A stretch of DNA of 64,000 bases from Scyliorhinus canicula (lineage: Eukaryota): assembly GCF_902713615.1 (NCBI RefSeq), contig NC_052147.1, forward strand, positions 235,297,758 to 235,361,757. Direction: 5' to 3'. Position 1 is the first letter of the stretch, and each line of letters opens with the position of its first letter. The notes beneath the pieces were generated by a model. The model was not told where the DNA came from. It ran no database searches and was given only the letters and a program-made list of their open reading frames with translations. Positions 12,800 through 26,599 of the stretch are shown here, piece by piece. The position numbers and the translations under genes were made by a program.

Positions 12800-13990
12800 G
12801 ATTAGGGGTAAAGATGTGCACTCTCTGCTTCAATGCCCTCCTCCTCAGGATTGGCTTGCAGGCTCATGGATGATGGAACACGTCTTCCCTCCAGAATGCA
12901 TTGGAGAACACAATGTTTTAGGTCCATGGCATTCACAATCCCTTTACCCATCACTGTGATGCCGATCCCCTTCCTACCCAGTGGTCGACACCAAGTTCGA
13001 GGGTTCCTCACATTCTTCTCTCTGCAAACCTACTTCACTGACTGCAATTGTCCAGCTACCCTGCTCTCCGGCCAATTCCATTTCCCCCTGCTCTGCTGGT
13101 GTGAGTAAGTGAATCTTGGGTAATCCTCCACCCATCGATGCCCTTTCTTAGTGGGTCGTTTTCTCCTGCAGTCGGAGGAGGCGAATGCGTCTCTGCTGCT
13201 CACTGGTCAACGAACCGCCTTATCAGCAAGCATTTCGCTGACACATAATGGGACCTCCCATTGTCCGTCCAGACTTCCACTCTCACAGCACTTATTCAAT
13301 GATGAAAGCAAGAACCTTCTGCTTCTCGCCAAATGTGTCCAAATACCATGATAAACCCACTGCTGGGGTTACAATTCTTTGCCTGCATGCCTGCTCCCCC
13401 CCCCCCCCCCCCCCCCATCCCCCCACCCAATTGAAACACCTTGCCTGTTGGCCACACAAGCGCCACATCATTCTAAACATTTCATTATACCGAGCCTGGC
13501 AGTGCAGAATGGTTTGTTTTCATGTTGCAGGCTGGCCCGCCACCATAGCTCTAATTTATTACAAACACGTTTTCAGAACATGAACATACAACTGCAAGGC
13601 AACCACAGCCTTGTTATAATCTACACTTACATGTGCTATTTGACCTTTGACCCCAGGTCAGGTAACACAATGTCGAACAGAATGTACCATATTGCACCTA
13701 ATACTGAAGTCTACTACCACAATCCCCCACTTATAATGACAAGAGATTGTTGACCCTATTTATACATTGCAACCAGGTGCGCTTGTGCATCCCGCTGCTG
13801 CTAAACTCCATTGCAATCTCTGGCTAGGCTTCATTGGTCCGGAACGATGGTTTTCTGATGTCGTTGGTGGGGATAAGCAGCTCCCGCCATTCCTGGAAAG
13901 CCAGGAGGAGACCCTGTGGGAAGGCATCGCTGAATTGTGGGGCCACTGGTCTCAGCCATTCAACAGTCCACCATGCTCCATGCCGATTAA
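12800..13990 (-). mobile_element. Harbinger Myb/SANT gene relic
   Basis: PVAPQFSDAFPQGLLLAFQEWRELLIP..KRTWLQC (exon 1), with a downstream degenerate exon. Confidence 0.6.
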
Positions 13991-14029
13991 AGAATAAGAT
14001 AAACACTGAGGAGGCTGGAGATCTGGACA

Positions 14030-14295
14030 ATGAGTGTGGAATAGGGGGAGAAATACCTTCTCTCAAAAGTACTGTGAAGCTTTGGGGAATTCTCTGCCAT
14101 AGAGGGTTTGGGATGCTTAATTGTTGACTATGTTTAAGTTTGAGGTAGACAGATTTTTGGTCTCTCAAGGAATGGTGATCTGGGGATCAGGTGTAAACAT
14201 GTAGTTGAAGGACAAGATCAGCCATGATCTTTTTGAATGATGGAACAGGTTCGATGGGCGGTATGGTCTACTCCTTTCTCTTGCATTCTTATATC
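14030..14295 (+). mobile_element. CR1 3' UTR fragment
   Basis: agatcagccatgatct..gaatgatggaacagg..tcctttctcttgcattcttat. Confidence 0.7.
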
Positions 14296-14579
14296 CTGTT
14301 TCAGAAGAGCAGATTGAGATTGGAGGTATAATCAGGACTGGGATTCTTCACTGCCACTGCAACATCGATGCTGCGGGCTTGTAGCCACAATTTTGTTTAA
14401 CTCCACTGCTTAGAAATGTTCCTCCCGGGAGACTTCCGGTTGCGGCTATGACCAGCTAAGTCGCACATTTGGCAGCTCCTGCGACAAAGGTGTTTAAGGG
14501 CCGATTGGAGGGCCCCGACGGTACTGTAAAGACGAATCCCGGTGGGGGAAGGCTCCCTGAGGAGAGTGAGACCAACTTT

Positions 14580-15426
14580 ATGGTCGGTACTCGGAGTGGG
14601 GCGACAAAAAAAAGCGGCATCAGCTCCCCGAAAAAAGCGGGGGAAGAGGACCAAAATGGCGGCCGGTGGCGCACTAGAAGATTGGAGAAAATGGGCGGAG
14701 GAGCAGCAGGCCGCTCTCCTCCGGTGTTTTACGGAGCTGAAAGTGGAACTCTTAGAGTCTATGAACGCGACGACCACACGGCTGATGGGGGCCCAGGCGA
14801 CCCAAGAGGCGTCGATAAGAGAGCTGCAGCAGGAGATGACTGCAAGGGAGGAGGAGGCCACGGTCCTCGTGGGAAAGGTGGAGGTGCACGAGGCACTCCA
14901 CCTGAAATGACAGAGCCGCTTTGAGGAGCTGGACACTCGAATGAGGCGGAAGAACTTGAGGATCCTGGGCCTAGCAGAAGGCCTGGAGGGGCCTGATCTC
15001 CCGAAATATGTAGCGGAGATGCTGAGCTCCCTGATGGGAGAGGGGGCCGGTCCATCGCCTCTGGAGCTGGAAGAAGCATATCGGGTCATGGCTAGGCGGC
15101 CTAGGGCGAACGAGCCCCCGAGGGCGGTGCTGGTGCGATTCCAGCGTTTCTGTGATCGGGAGAAAGTGCTGAGGTGGGCCAAGAGGGAGAAAAGCAGCAA
15201 ATGGGAGAATTCGACGGTGCGGATATATCAGGACTGGAGTGCGGAGGTGGCAAAGCGGCGGGCCCGGTTTAACCGGACGAAGGCAGTGCTGCACGCAAGG
15301 AGAATCAAGTTCGGAATGCTGCAGCCAGCGCGCTTGTGGGTCACCTACAAGGACCAGCACCATTACTTTGAGACCCCAGAGGAGGCATGGACTTTTGTTC
15401 GGGAGGAAAAGCTGGACCTGAACTAG
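14580..15426 (+). CDS. L1 ORF1p (coiled coil, RRM, CTD); one in-frame TGA at 14908-14910 and a probable A-run frameshift at 14606-14613
   Basis: RRKNLRILGLAEG..PRAVLVRF..RIYQDWSAEVAKRR..FGMLQPARLWVT are L1 ORF1 motifs; alternative start ATG at 14656. Confidence 0.9.
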
Positions 15427-16376
15427 AACTTGGGAATGCCGGCGGTCGAGGCCGCCCGAGTACCCTTGACTGATCAAGTGGCCCATGTCTTTCTTAGGCC
15501 AGGTCGGAAATTGGTTAAAGTTGATGGATCGTTTGGTTTCTTTGAAACTTGTGTTATGGGGGGTTTCTTTGTTCCTTTTTGTGTGTCTCTTCCCGTTGCC
15601 AACTTCCCTTAATTATTGTTGTTGTAGGGGGGGCTTTTTTACTGTTTTTTGATCTGTTCTTGAAGGGTTATGGTTACTGTTCTGTTCGATGGAGGGTGAT
15701 GGTTAAATACGTTATTATTGGGTAGTTATTTAGTTATGCAGGCATAGTTATGTATTTATGTATTTATTTGAGATTTGTTATTTATATTGTTATATTGTTA
15801 AGTTGGGGAGGCGGGATGGGGGGGGGGCAAGTTGGTTATGCGGGTTTTCTTTTTCTCTTTTTTCTTCCTCTCGTTTAAGGGGGCCTTTTTATGGGCTTGG
15901 ATGGGGACGGGGGTGGAATTGAAGATGGCGGGGTAGGGTGTGGCCGGGCGAAAGCGCGGGCTTTCCCCTGTTTCCCGCGCGCGGGACGGAGGAAGGGGGA
16001 GGAGAGAAGAGTGGGGTGTGGCCAGCAATGGCGGTTTTTCCCGCGCTGAAGCGGGGTCAGAGAGGGATGGCAAGGGGGGGGGGAGGCCCCTCCCCCCCCC
16101 CACATCGGGAGGAGTCGGAGTGTGGCAGGGGCAGCCGGGTCAGCGAAAATCAGCTGACTCTCGGGAGTACGATGGTGGATACACCGCGGCTAGGAGGGGT
16201 CCTAGCCAAGGGGGGGGGGGGGGGGGGGGGAAGGGGGGTTAGGGGGGGATACCGGGTTGCTGCTGGAAAGGCCGAGGACGGGAAGGGAAGAACGGGAGGA
16301 GAGAGGGGGGGGGGCCATCGCCATGGGGAGCGGGTCAGAAGGGGAGGGTCGACCCGGGGCGAACAGGGGACAGGAC

Positions 16377-19300
16377 ATGGCTAATAGACAGGGGAAAGGG
16401 ACAGGTCGCTCCGCGACCCGGTTGATTACTTGGAACGTGAGGGGGCTGAATGGGCCGGTCAAGAGAGCAAGGGTTTTTTCACACCTAAAGGGACTGCAGG
16501 CGGATGTGGCAATGTTGCAGGAGACTCACTTGAGAGTAGTAGACCAGGTGCGCCTGAGAAGGGGGTGGGTGGGGCAGGTGTTCCACTCAGGCTTGGACGC
16601 AAAGAACCGGGGGGTGGCGATTTTGGTGGGAAAGAGGGTGTCGTTCGTGGCGGCGCAGGTGGTAGCAGATAAGGAGGGTAGGTACGTGATGGTGAAGGGT
16701 AGGCTGCAGGGAGAGAATGTGGTGCTGGTGAATGTGTATGCCCCGAATTGGGATGACGCAGGTTTTATGAGGCGCCTGTTGGGCCTCATTCCGGGTCTGG
16801 AGGCAGGGGGCCTGATCATGGGGGGGGGACTTCAATACAGTGCTCGACCCTGGGCTGGACAGATCGAGTTCCAGGACGAATAGGAGGCCGGCAGCGGCAG
16901 AGGTGCTAAGGGGGTTCATGGAGCAGATGGGGGGGGGGTAGACCCTTGGAGATTTGGCAGGCCAAGGGCGAGGGAGTATTCTTTTTTCTCCCACGTCCAC
17001 AGGGTGTACTCCAGACTAGACTTTTTTGTACTGAGCAGGGGGCTGATTTCGAGAGTGCAGGACACGGAGTACTCGGCCATTGCGATTTCGGACCATGCAC
17101 CACACTGGGTAGAGGTAGAACTGGGGGAAGCACGGGACCAGCGCCCGTTGTGGCGCCTGGATGTGGGGCTGCTGGCGGACGATGAGGTGTGCGGAAGGGT
17201 CCGGAAGGGCATTGAGAGATATCTGGGCACGAACGACACGGGCGAGGTGAAGGTGGGGGTAGTCTGGGAGGCCCTGAAAGCAGTGATCAGAGGAGAGCTG
17301 ATCTCCATAAGGGCACACAGAGAAAGGAAGGAGAGGCAGGAGAGGGAGAGACTGGTGGGGGAACTTATAGAAGTGGACAGGAGATATGCGGAGACACCAG
17401 AGGAGGGGCTGTTGAGGGAGCGGCGCAGTTTACAGGCCCAGTTTGACCTACTGACCACTAGGAAGGCGGAGACGCAATGGAGAAGGGCACAGGGCGCGGT
17501 CTATGAGTACGGGGAAAAGGCGAGCAGGATGCTAGCACACCAGCTGCGCAAGCGAGATGCAGCCAGAGAGATTGGGGGAGTGAGAGAGAAGGGAGGGAAC
17601 GTAGTGCAGAAGGGGCAAGAGGTGAACGGGGTCTTCAGGGATTTCTACAGGGAATTGTACCGGTCTGAGCCGCCCAGGAGGAGGGGGGGAATGGAGAACT
17701 TCCTCGATAGATTGAGGTTCCCAAAGGTCCAGGAGGAACGGGTGGAGGGGCTGGGGGCGCCGATAGAGCTGCAGGAGCTAGTTAAAGGGATAGGCCAGAT
17801 GCAGGCGGGGAAGGCGCCGGGGCCGGATGGGTTCCCGGTGGAATTTTATAAGAAGTATGTGGACTTGGTGGGTCCAGTGCTGGTGCGAGCCTTCAATGAG
17901 GCGCGAGAGGGGGGGGGTTCTGCCCCCGACAATGTCACAGGCCCTGATCTCCTTGATCCTGAAGCGGGACAAAGACCCTGTACAGTGCGGGTCCTACAGA
18001 CCTATCTCCCTCTTGAATGTAGATGCCAAACTGTTGGCAAAGGTCCTGGCAACCAGAATAGAGGATTGTGTGCCAGGGGTAATCCATGAGGACCAGACGG
18101 GGTTCGTAAAGGGACGACAACTTAACACAAATGTCCGGAGACTGTTGAATGTGATTATGATGCCAGCAGTGGAGGGGGAGGCTGAGATAGTGGTAGCACT
18201 GGATGCGGAGAAGGCATTCGATAGGGTGGAGTGGGAATACCTGTGGGAGACGCTGGAACGGTTTGGGTTTGGGGAGGGATTTATCAAGTGGGTGAAGCTG
18301 CTGTATTCGGCCCCGATGGCGAGTGTGGTTACAAACGGGAGGAGGTCAGAGTATTTTGGGCTCCATCGAGGTACCAGGCAGGGATGCCCCCTATCCCCCT
18401 TACTATTTGCATTAGCGATCGAACCGTTGGCGATGGCACTGAGGGGTTCAGGGGGGTGGAGAGGACTGACAAGGGGAGGGGAGGAACATCGGGTATCACT
18501 CTATGCGGATGATTTGTTGTTATATGTGGCGGACCCGGAAGGGGGAATGCCGGAGGTAATGGAAATACTAGCGGAGTTTGGGGACTTTTCGGGATATAAA
18601 TTAAACGTGGGTAAAAGTGAGGTCTTTGTGATACACCCGGGAGATCAGGGGGAGGGAATTGGGCGGCTCCCCTTTAAGAGAGCAGTAAAGAGCTTCAGGT
18701 ACTTGGGGGTGCAGGTGGCAAGGAACTGGGGGACCCTCCACAAGCTGAACTTTTCAAGGCTGGTGGAGCAGATGGAGGAGGAGTTCAAGAGGTGGGACAT
18801 GGTACCGCTGTCGCTAGCAGGGAGGGTGCAGTCAGTCAAAATGACGGTCCTCCCGAGGTTCTTGTTTCTGTTTCAGTGCTTGCCCATCTTTCTCCCCAGG
18901 GCCTTCTTGAAGAAGGTAACTAGCAGCATTATGGGCTATGTGTGGGCACATGGCACCCCTAGAGTGAGAAGGATTTTCTTGGAACGGAGTAGGGACAGGG
19001 GAGGATTAGCGCTACCCAATCTTTCCGGATACTACTGGGCGGCGAACGCATCGATGGTGCGCAAGTGGGTGATGGAGGGGGAGGGGGCAGCTTGGAAACG
19101 TATGGAGAGGGCGTCCTGCGGCAATACAAGCCTGGGGGCGCTAGTAACGGCACCATGGCCGCTCCCCCCCACAAGGTATACCACGAGTCCGGTAGTGGCG
19201 GCCACCCTGAAAATCTGGGGGCAGTGGAGGCGACACAGGGGGGAAGTGGGGGGTCTGATGGCGGCGCCACTGAGAGGGAACCACAGATTTGTCCCGGGGA

Positions 19301-20175
19301 ACACTGGCGGGGGATTCCAGAGTTGGCACAGGGCGGGCATCAGGCAACTGAGGGACATGTTCATAGAGGGGAGGTTTGCGAGCCTGGGAGAGCTGGAGGA
19401 GAAATTTGAGCTCCCCCCGGGGAACACGTTTAGATACCTGCAGGTGAAGGCATTTGCCAGACGACAGGTGGAAGGATTTCCCTTGCTTCCCGATAGAGGG
19501 GTGAGTGATAGGGTGCTGTCAGGGGTCTGGGTCGGAGAAGGAAAGGTCTCGGACATCTACAAAATAATGCAGGAGGTGGAGGAGGTATCGATAGAGGAGC
19601 TGAAAGACAAGTGGGAAGCGGAGCTGGGAGAGCAGATAGAAGATGGGACATGGGCGGATGCCTTAGAGAGGGTCAATTCGTCGTCGTCGTGCGCAAGGTT
19701 GGGCCTCATCCAATTTAAGGTGCTGCACAGAGCCCATATGACGGGGACTAGGATGAGTCGGTTCTTCGGGGGTGAGGACAGGTGTGTTAGGTGTTCGGGA
19801 AGCCCTGCGAACCATGTACATATGTTCTGGATGTGCCCGGCACTGGAAGAGTTCTGGGAGGGGGTGGCGGGGACGGTATCGAGAGTGGTGGGAACCAGGG
19901 TCAAACCAGGGTGGGGGCTAGCGATTTTTGGGGTTGGGGTGGAGCCAGGAGTACAGGAGGCAGGGGAGGCCGGAATATTGGCCTTTGCGTCCTTGGTAGC
20001 TCGGAGACGGATCTTGATTCAGTGGAGGGACACAAGGCCACCAAGTGTTAACACCTGGTTAAACGACATGGCAAGCTTCATCCAATTGGAAAGAATCAAA
20101 TTCGCCCTGAGAGGGTCGGTACAGGGGTTCTTTCGGCGGTGGCAGCCCTTCCTTGACTTTCTGGATCAGAGATAG
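16377..20175 (+). CDS. L1 ORF2p (APE endonuclease, RT, CCHC); three frameshifts, all in G homopolymers
   Basis: TWNVRGLN, LQETH, NVYAPN, SDH, GPDG, QGCPLSPLLF, YADD, CVRC..HMFWMC. Confidence 0.95.
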
Positions 20176-20649
20176 GAACTGGAGGCCGAAACAGCAGCAA
20201 CCCGGGGAGAAAGGGGGGAGGGGGGAAGGGAGGGGGGGGGGATAGCAACGTAGGGAGCACGTCAGCGGGGGGTCGCGGGCAATGACTGCCCGAGGCCATC
20301 GGCAGAAAGGGAAAAACGGTTTGGTTGCTAGACTGGTAGCGCGGGGGGGGGGGGGGGGGGGGGAGGATGGGGGGGTGCGCGCGGGGTAGGGCGTGGGGAG
20401 GATTTTCCAGGGGGGATTTGTTGTGTTATAATTTAAAATGTAGTAGGGGTAAATGTTTGTATCGAAAAATTTCAATAAAAATTATTTAAAAAAAAAAAAA
20501 AGAAATGTTCCTCCCTAAAATATCCTGAGATATATGCTACAGGAATTTTATGCCTTTATCTATGTGCCTGAGGTGTCTGATTTTCTAACTTAGCAGTTGT
20601 CTTGGCTTTCAGCCAGATGTGCATTGAAGTTCCACTGCCGGATGTGAGC

Positions 20650-21925
20650 ACATAGAACCACGGAAAGAGGCCATTCAGCCCATTGTGTCTACACCATCTG
20701 AAATATGAACCACCATCTCTAATCCACCGCCCAGCACCCTTGCAGGTAACAGCACTTCAGGTCCAGATCCAGGTATCTTTCAAATGAGTTGAGGGTTTCT
20801 GCCTCAACCACCAATCCATGCAATTAATTTCAGATGCCTACCAGCCACTGGGTAAAACAAATTTTGCTAATACCACCTCTGATCTTTCTACTAATCACCT
20901 TAAATCTGTGCCCTCTGGTAATTGACCTCTCTACTAAGGGAAACAAGACTTTCCTGTCTACTCTGTTTAGGCCACTCATAATTTTATACACGTCAATCAA
21001 GTCACCCTTCAGCCTCCCTTTTCTAAAGAAAACAGCCCTAGCCTACCAAATCTTTCCTCATAGCTGCAATATTTGAGCCCTAACAACATTCTTGTAATGT
21101 TCCTCTGCACACTCTCCAGGGCAATTATGTCCTTCCTGTAATGTGTTGACTAGAACTGTTCACAAAATTCCAGCTGTGGCCTAAGCAGTTTTTTATACAG
21201 CTCCATCATTACATCCCTGATTTTGTATTCTATACCTCATTCAATAAAGGAAAGTGTTCCATGTGCTTTCATTATCACCTTATCCACCTACTCTGCCACC
21301 TCAGGGACCTGAGCACATGCACGCCAAAGTATCTCACTTCCTCTATGCCTCTTAATATCCCCGTTTATTGTGTATCGTGTATTATTTTCTCCTCCTCCAA
21401 AAATGCATTTCCTCACACTTCAAATTGAATTCTGTTAGCCTCTTTTCTGCTCACTCAACCAAACCATTGATACCATTCTGGAGTCGATAGCTATGCTCTT
21501 CACTATCAACTGCAGGGTCAATTTTTATGTCATCTGAAAATTTCCTCATCATACTTCCCACATATAAGTCCAAATCATGAATCCATGCAACAAATAGCAA
21601 GGGACCCAACAAAACCTGATGGAATGTCGCTGGAAACTGCTTTACATTCGCAAAATCATCCATCGATTATTACCCTTTATTTCCTGTCATGGAGCCAATT
21701 TTTGATCCAACTCGCCACGTTCCCCTGTATACCATGGACTTCCACTTTTCTGACCAGTCTGCCACAAGGGATCTTGTCAAAAGCCTTACTAAAATCCATG
21801 TAGACCACACCAACTACATTATCCTCATAATCCCTATTGTTTCTCCTCAAAAAATTCAATTAAGTTCATAAGACACAACTTTCCTCAACAAAATCATGCT
21901 GACTGTCCTTGATTAACCAACATCT
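20650..21925 (-). mobile_element. Degenerate CR1 fragment (RT to 3' end)
   Basis: VVYMDFSKAFDKIPC..WIKNWL; LGPLLFVAWIHDL. Confidence 0.85.
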
Positions 21926-21949
21926 GTCTGGATGACAGTTTATCCTGAA

Positions 21950-24900
21950 TTTCATAACCCAAGCTGAGACACCAGTACAGTGCTAGAAATGTACTAGGCT
22001 AGAAATAGGAAGATAGAGCAGCTAAACACGTGGCTAAACAGCTCGTGTAGGAGGGAGGGTTTCCATTATAGGACCACAGGGAGCTCTTCCGGGGCAGGTG
22101 TGACCTGTATAAGACGGACGGTTTGCAACTAAACTGGAGAGGCATAAATATCCTGGCCGCGAGGTTTGCTACTGTCACACGGGAGGGTTTAAACTAGTAT
22201 GGCAAGGTGGTGGGTACCGGAGCAATAGGTCAGAAGGTGAAAAGATTGAGGGAGAACTAGGGAATAGGGCCAGTATGGCTCTGAGGAAGAGCAGACAGGG
22301 AAATGTTGCTGAAAACAGTGGGACTGGTGGCCTGGAGTGCATGTGTTTTAATGCAAGAAGTATAACCGGTAAGGCAGATGAACTTAGAGCTTGGATTAGT
22401 ACTTGGAACTATGATGTTGTTGCCATTACAGAGACCTGGTGAGGGAAGGACAGGATTGGTAGCTAAACGTTCCAGGATTTAGATGTTTCAGGTGGGATAG
22501 AGGGGGATGTAAAAGGGGTGGAGGTGTTGCGCTACTGGTTAGGGAGAATATCACAGCTGTACTGTGGGAGGACACCTCAGAGGGCAGAGAGGCTATATGG
22601 GTCGAGATCAGGAATAAGAAGGGTGCAGTCACAATATTGGGAGTTTACTGCAGGCCACCCAACAGCCAGCGGGCGAAAGAGGAGCAGATAGGTAGACAGA
22701 TTTTGGAAAGGAGTAAAAGCAACAGGGGTGTTGTGATGGGACACTTTAACTACCCCAATATTGACTGGGACTCACTTAGTGCTAGGGGCCTGGACGGGGC
22801 AGAGTTTGTAAGGAGCATCCAGGAGGGCTTCTTAAAACAATATGTAGACAGCCCAACTAGGGAAGGGGCTATACTAGACCTGGTATTGGGGAATGAGCCC
22901 GGTCAGGTGGTAGAAGTTTCAGTCAGGGAGCATTTCAGGAACAGTGACCACAATTCAGTAAGTTTTAAAGTGCTGGTGGACAAGGATAAGAGTGGTCCGA
23001 GGGTGAATGTGCTAAATTGGGGGAATGCTAACTATAACAATATTAGGCAGGAACTGTGGAACCTAGATTGGGAGCGGATGTTTGAGGGTAAATCAACATC
23101 TGACATGTGGGAGGCTTTCAAATGTCAGTTGAAAGGAATTCAGGACCGGCATGTTCCTGTGCAGAAGAAGGATAAATATGCCAAATTTCAGGAACCTTGG
23201 ATAACAAGAGATATTGCAGGCCTCGTCAAAAAGAAAAAGGAGGCATTTGTCAGGGCTAGAAGGCTGGGAATAGACAAAGCCTGATTGGAATATAAGGAAA
23301 GTAAGAAAGAACTTAAGCAAGGAGTCAGAAGGGCTAAATGGATCACGAAAAGGCATTGGCAAATAGGGTTAAGGAAAATCCCAAGGCTTATTTATATGTA
23401 TATAAAAAGCAAGAGGGTAGCCAGGGAAAGGGTTGGCCCACTGAAGGACAGGCGAGGGAATTTATGTATGGAGCCAGAGAAAATGGCAAGGTACTAAATG
23501 AATACTTTGCATCAGTATTCACCAGGAACAAGGAATTGGTGGATGTTGAGTCTGGAGAAGGGTGAGAAGAAGTAGATAGCCTGGGTCACATTGAGATCCA
23601 AAAAGACGAGGTGTTGAGCGTCTTGAAAAATATTAAGGGAGATAAGTCCCCAGGGCCTGATGGGATCTACCCCAGAATACTGAAGGAGGTAAGAGAGGAA
23701 ATTGCTGAGGCCTTGACAGAAATCTTTGTATTCTCACTGTCTTCAGGTGATGTCCCGGAAGACTGGAGAATAGCCACTGTTGTTCTTTTGTTTAAGAAGG
23801 GTAGCAAGGATAATCCAGGGAACTACAGGTTGGTGAGCCTTACATCAGTGGCAGGAAAATTACTGAAGAGATTTCTTCGAGACAGGATCCGCTCCCATTT
23901 GGAAACAAATGGACGTATTAGCAAGAGGTAGCACGTTTTTGTGAAGGGGAGGTCATGTCTCACTAACTTGATAGAGTTTTTCGAGGAGGTCACAAAGATG
24001 ATTGATGCAGGTAGGGCAGTGGATGTTGTCTATATGGACTTCAGTAAGGCCTTTGACAAGGTCCCTCATGGCAGACTGGTACAAAAGATGAAGTCACACG
24101 GGATCGGGGTGAGCTGGCAAGATGGATACAGAACTGGCTAGGTCATAGAAGGCAGAGAGTAGCAATGGAAGAGTGCTTTTCTGATTGGAGGGCTGTGACT
24201 AGTGGTGTTCCGCAGAGATCAGTGCTGGGACATTTGCTGTTCGTAGTATATATAAATGGTTTGGAGGAAAATGTAACTGGTCTGATTAGTAAGTTTGCAG
24301 ACGACTCAAAGGTTGGTGGAATTGCGGATAGCGATGAGGACTATCAGAGGATACAGCAGGATTTCGATCACTTGGAGACTTGGGCGGAGAGATGGCAGAT
24401 GGAGTTTAATCCGGACGAATGTGAAGTAGTGCATTTTGGAAGGTCTAATGCAGGTAGGGATTATACAGTGAATGGTAGAACCCTCAAGAGTATTGACAGT
24501 CAGAGAGAGCTCGGTGTACAGGTCCACAGGTCACTGAAAGGGCCACACAGGTGGAGAAGGTAGTCAAGAAGGCATGCGGCATGCTTGCCTTCATTGGCCG
24601 GGCAATTGAATATACAAATTAGCAAGTCATGTTGCAGCTGTATAGAACATTACTTAGGCCACACTTGGGGTATAGTGTTCAATTCTGGTCCCCACACTAC
24701 CAGAAGGATGTGGAGGCTTTAGAGAGCGTGCAGAAGAGATTTACCAGGATGTTGCCTAGTATGGAGGGCATTAGCTATGAGGAGAGGTTGAATAAAATTG
24801 GTTTGTTCTCATTGGAATGACGGAGGTTGAGGTGCGACCTGATAGAGGGCTACAAAATTATGAGGGGTCAATTGGTGGATGTCGCTACCCTTCTTAAACA

Positions 24901-25312
24901 AAAGAACAACAGTGGCTATTCTCCAGTCTTCCGGGACATCACCTGAAGACAGTGAGAATACAAAGATTTCTGTCAAGGCCTCAGCAATTTCCTCTCTTAC
25001 CTCCTTCAGTATTCTGGGGTCAATTACTAGGGGGCATAGGTTTAAGGTGCGAGGGGCAAGGTTTAGAGTAGATGTACGAGGCAAGTTTTTTACACAGAGG
25101 GTAGAGGGTGCCTGGAACACGCTGCCGGAGGAGGTGGTGGAACCAGGGACAATAGTGACGTAAGGGGCATCTTGACAAATGCATGAATAGGATTGGAATG
25201 GAGGGATACAGACCCCGGAAGTGTAGAAGAGTTTAGTTTGGACGGGCAGCATGGCCGGTGCAGACTTGGAGGGCCGAAGGGCCTGTTCCTGTGCTGTACT
25301 TTGTTCTTCGTA
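21950..25312 (+). mobile_element. CR1 LINE: ORF1 C-terminus (esterase-like) plus degenerate full ORF2 and 3' UTR
   Basis: CMCFNARSI, GVYCRPP, GHFNYPNIDW, KSPGPDG, MDFSKAFDKVPH, FADD, PHLGYSVQFWSP; multiple stops and frameshifts. Confidence 0.93.
24884..25020 (-). repeat. 137-bp inverted copy of 23669-23805
   Basis: Direct comparison: the reverse complement matches accccagaatactgaagg...gaagggtagc. Confidence 0.95.
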
Positions 25313-25427
25313 CTAAATGAGTGCTGCCTTCATGATGTTGCCTGTGATTGAGAATGTTAAAACCTTTGTGGTCATTAAAGGTCTCATGACTTTCTCCAAA
25401 GATTGTGGGTTATTTCTGTCAATATTT

Positions 25428-25614
25428 AGGGCGGGATTTACCGGCTGTTCACGCCGGCGGGAAATTCCAATCTCATGCCAGCGCACGGATTTCTCGGTAA
25501 TGAAGAGCGCAGTCACCGGAAATCCTGTTGACAATGACGGGGTCAGTAGATCCCACTGGTGGGCCGCATCTACTGTCAAAGTACATGCTGCGGGGTGGTC
25601 AATAAATCCAGTGC
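25428..25614. mobile_element. Harbinger-type MITE
   Basis: Imperfect inverted termini gggcgggatttac...ataaatccagtgc; GC-rich within AT-rich flanks. Confidence 0.55.
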
Positions 25615-26599
25615 AAGAAAAAAAATAACTGTTTTTATCATTTTCGTAAAAGGCCTTTTATTCTTTGCATAAATTGGTTGTGCTGTTTATTAATATTGCA
25701 AACAAGTGCCAGCAAGAATAGTTAATCACATATGAAGAACATTAGGACAATCTGAAAGACATGTGCAATGCTAAATAAAATCAGATCCTATGCATTTGTT
25801 TCAGATCATCTAAATCCATCTCACAGCATTTCTATAACCATGCCTTCTGTTATTTTCTGTTCAAATTGGATCATTTACACTTCGCCAAACCCCTGGGAGA
25901 GACAGAGAGGGCCTCAGTTTCATGTCTCATCTGAAGGAAAACAACTGTGTGTTTTATATTAATGTGAGGAGAATACAGAGTACAAAATGGCATCAGAGGT
26001 TTATGAAAGCAATCAGAATTGGACCTAAAAGTCATAACTGAACCTAGCTTGGTGCGGAGAAATTGCCTTGAGATTAATATAGAAGATATTGCGATGTTAA
26101 AAACGGACAGAACAAATAGAATTGAGGAAGGAGAAATCTTGCCCAATAGTAAGAATTTGGCAGCAAATGAGAGAGGTATGATGTGGGAAGAGAACCTGTC
26201 AGGGCCAATTTGTGTAGCATTCAGGAATAGTAAAGCTGGGACAATCTGCCTGGATAGCTGTTATAGATTACCAGAGACACTGTCAGGATAAAGAAATGGG
26301 ATCACTTCATCTTGTAAAATTGTGATAATGGGAAATTTGAATTAAATTGCAATTAAGTGAGCAGGAACTATGTCACCATTGAAGAGAATAAATAAATTCA
26401 TTCAAGTTGGAAATTAATTTGAGAGTGAATGCTGTGTTTGGTTTGCCAGCATATTTTGACAGGTATTCCAATCTCAACAGTGGCAGGCATGACCATTTTA
26501 ATGATCGAGCTTCATTTGCTTGCAGCCAATGAGATGCAGAGGCTCTGGTGCAGCATGCCAGATCGGGAGGGTGGGAAAACAAACTGGGATCTATCGCAG

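Larger units (their letters stand above)
14427..20500 (+). mobile_element. Full-length L1-clade LINE
   Basis: 15-bp TSD agaaatgttcctccc (14412-14426 and 20501-20515), aataaa plus poly(A), ORF1 and ORF2 present. Confidence 0.97.
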
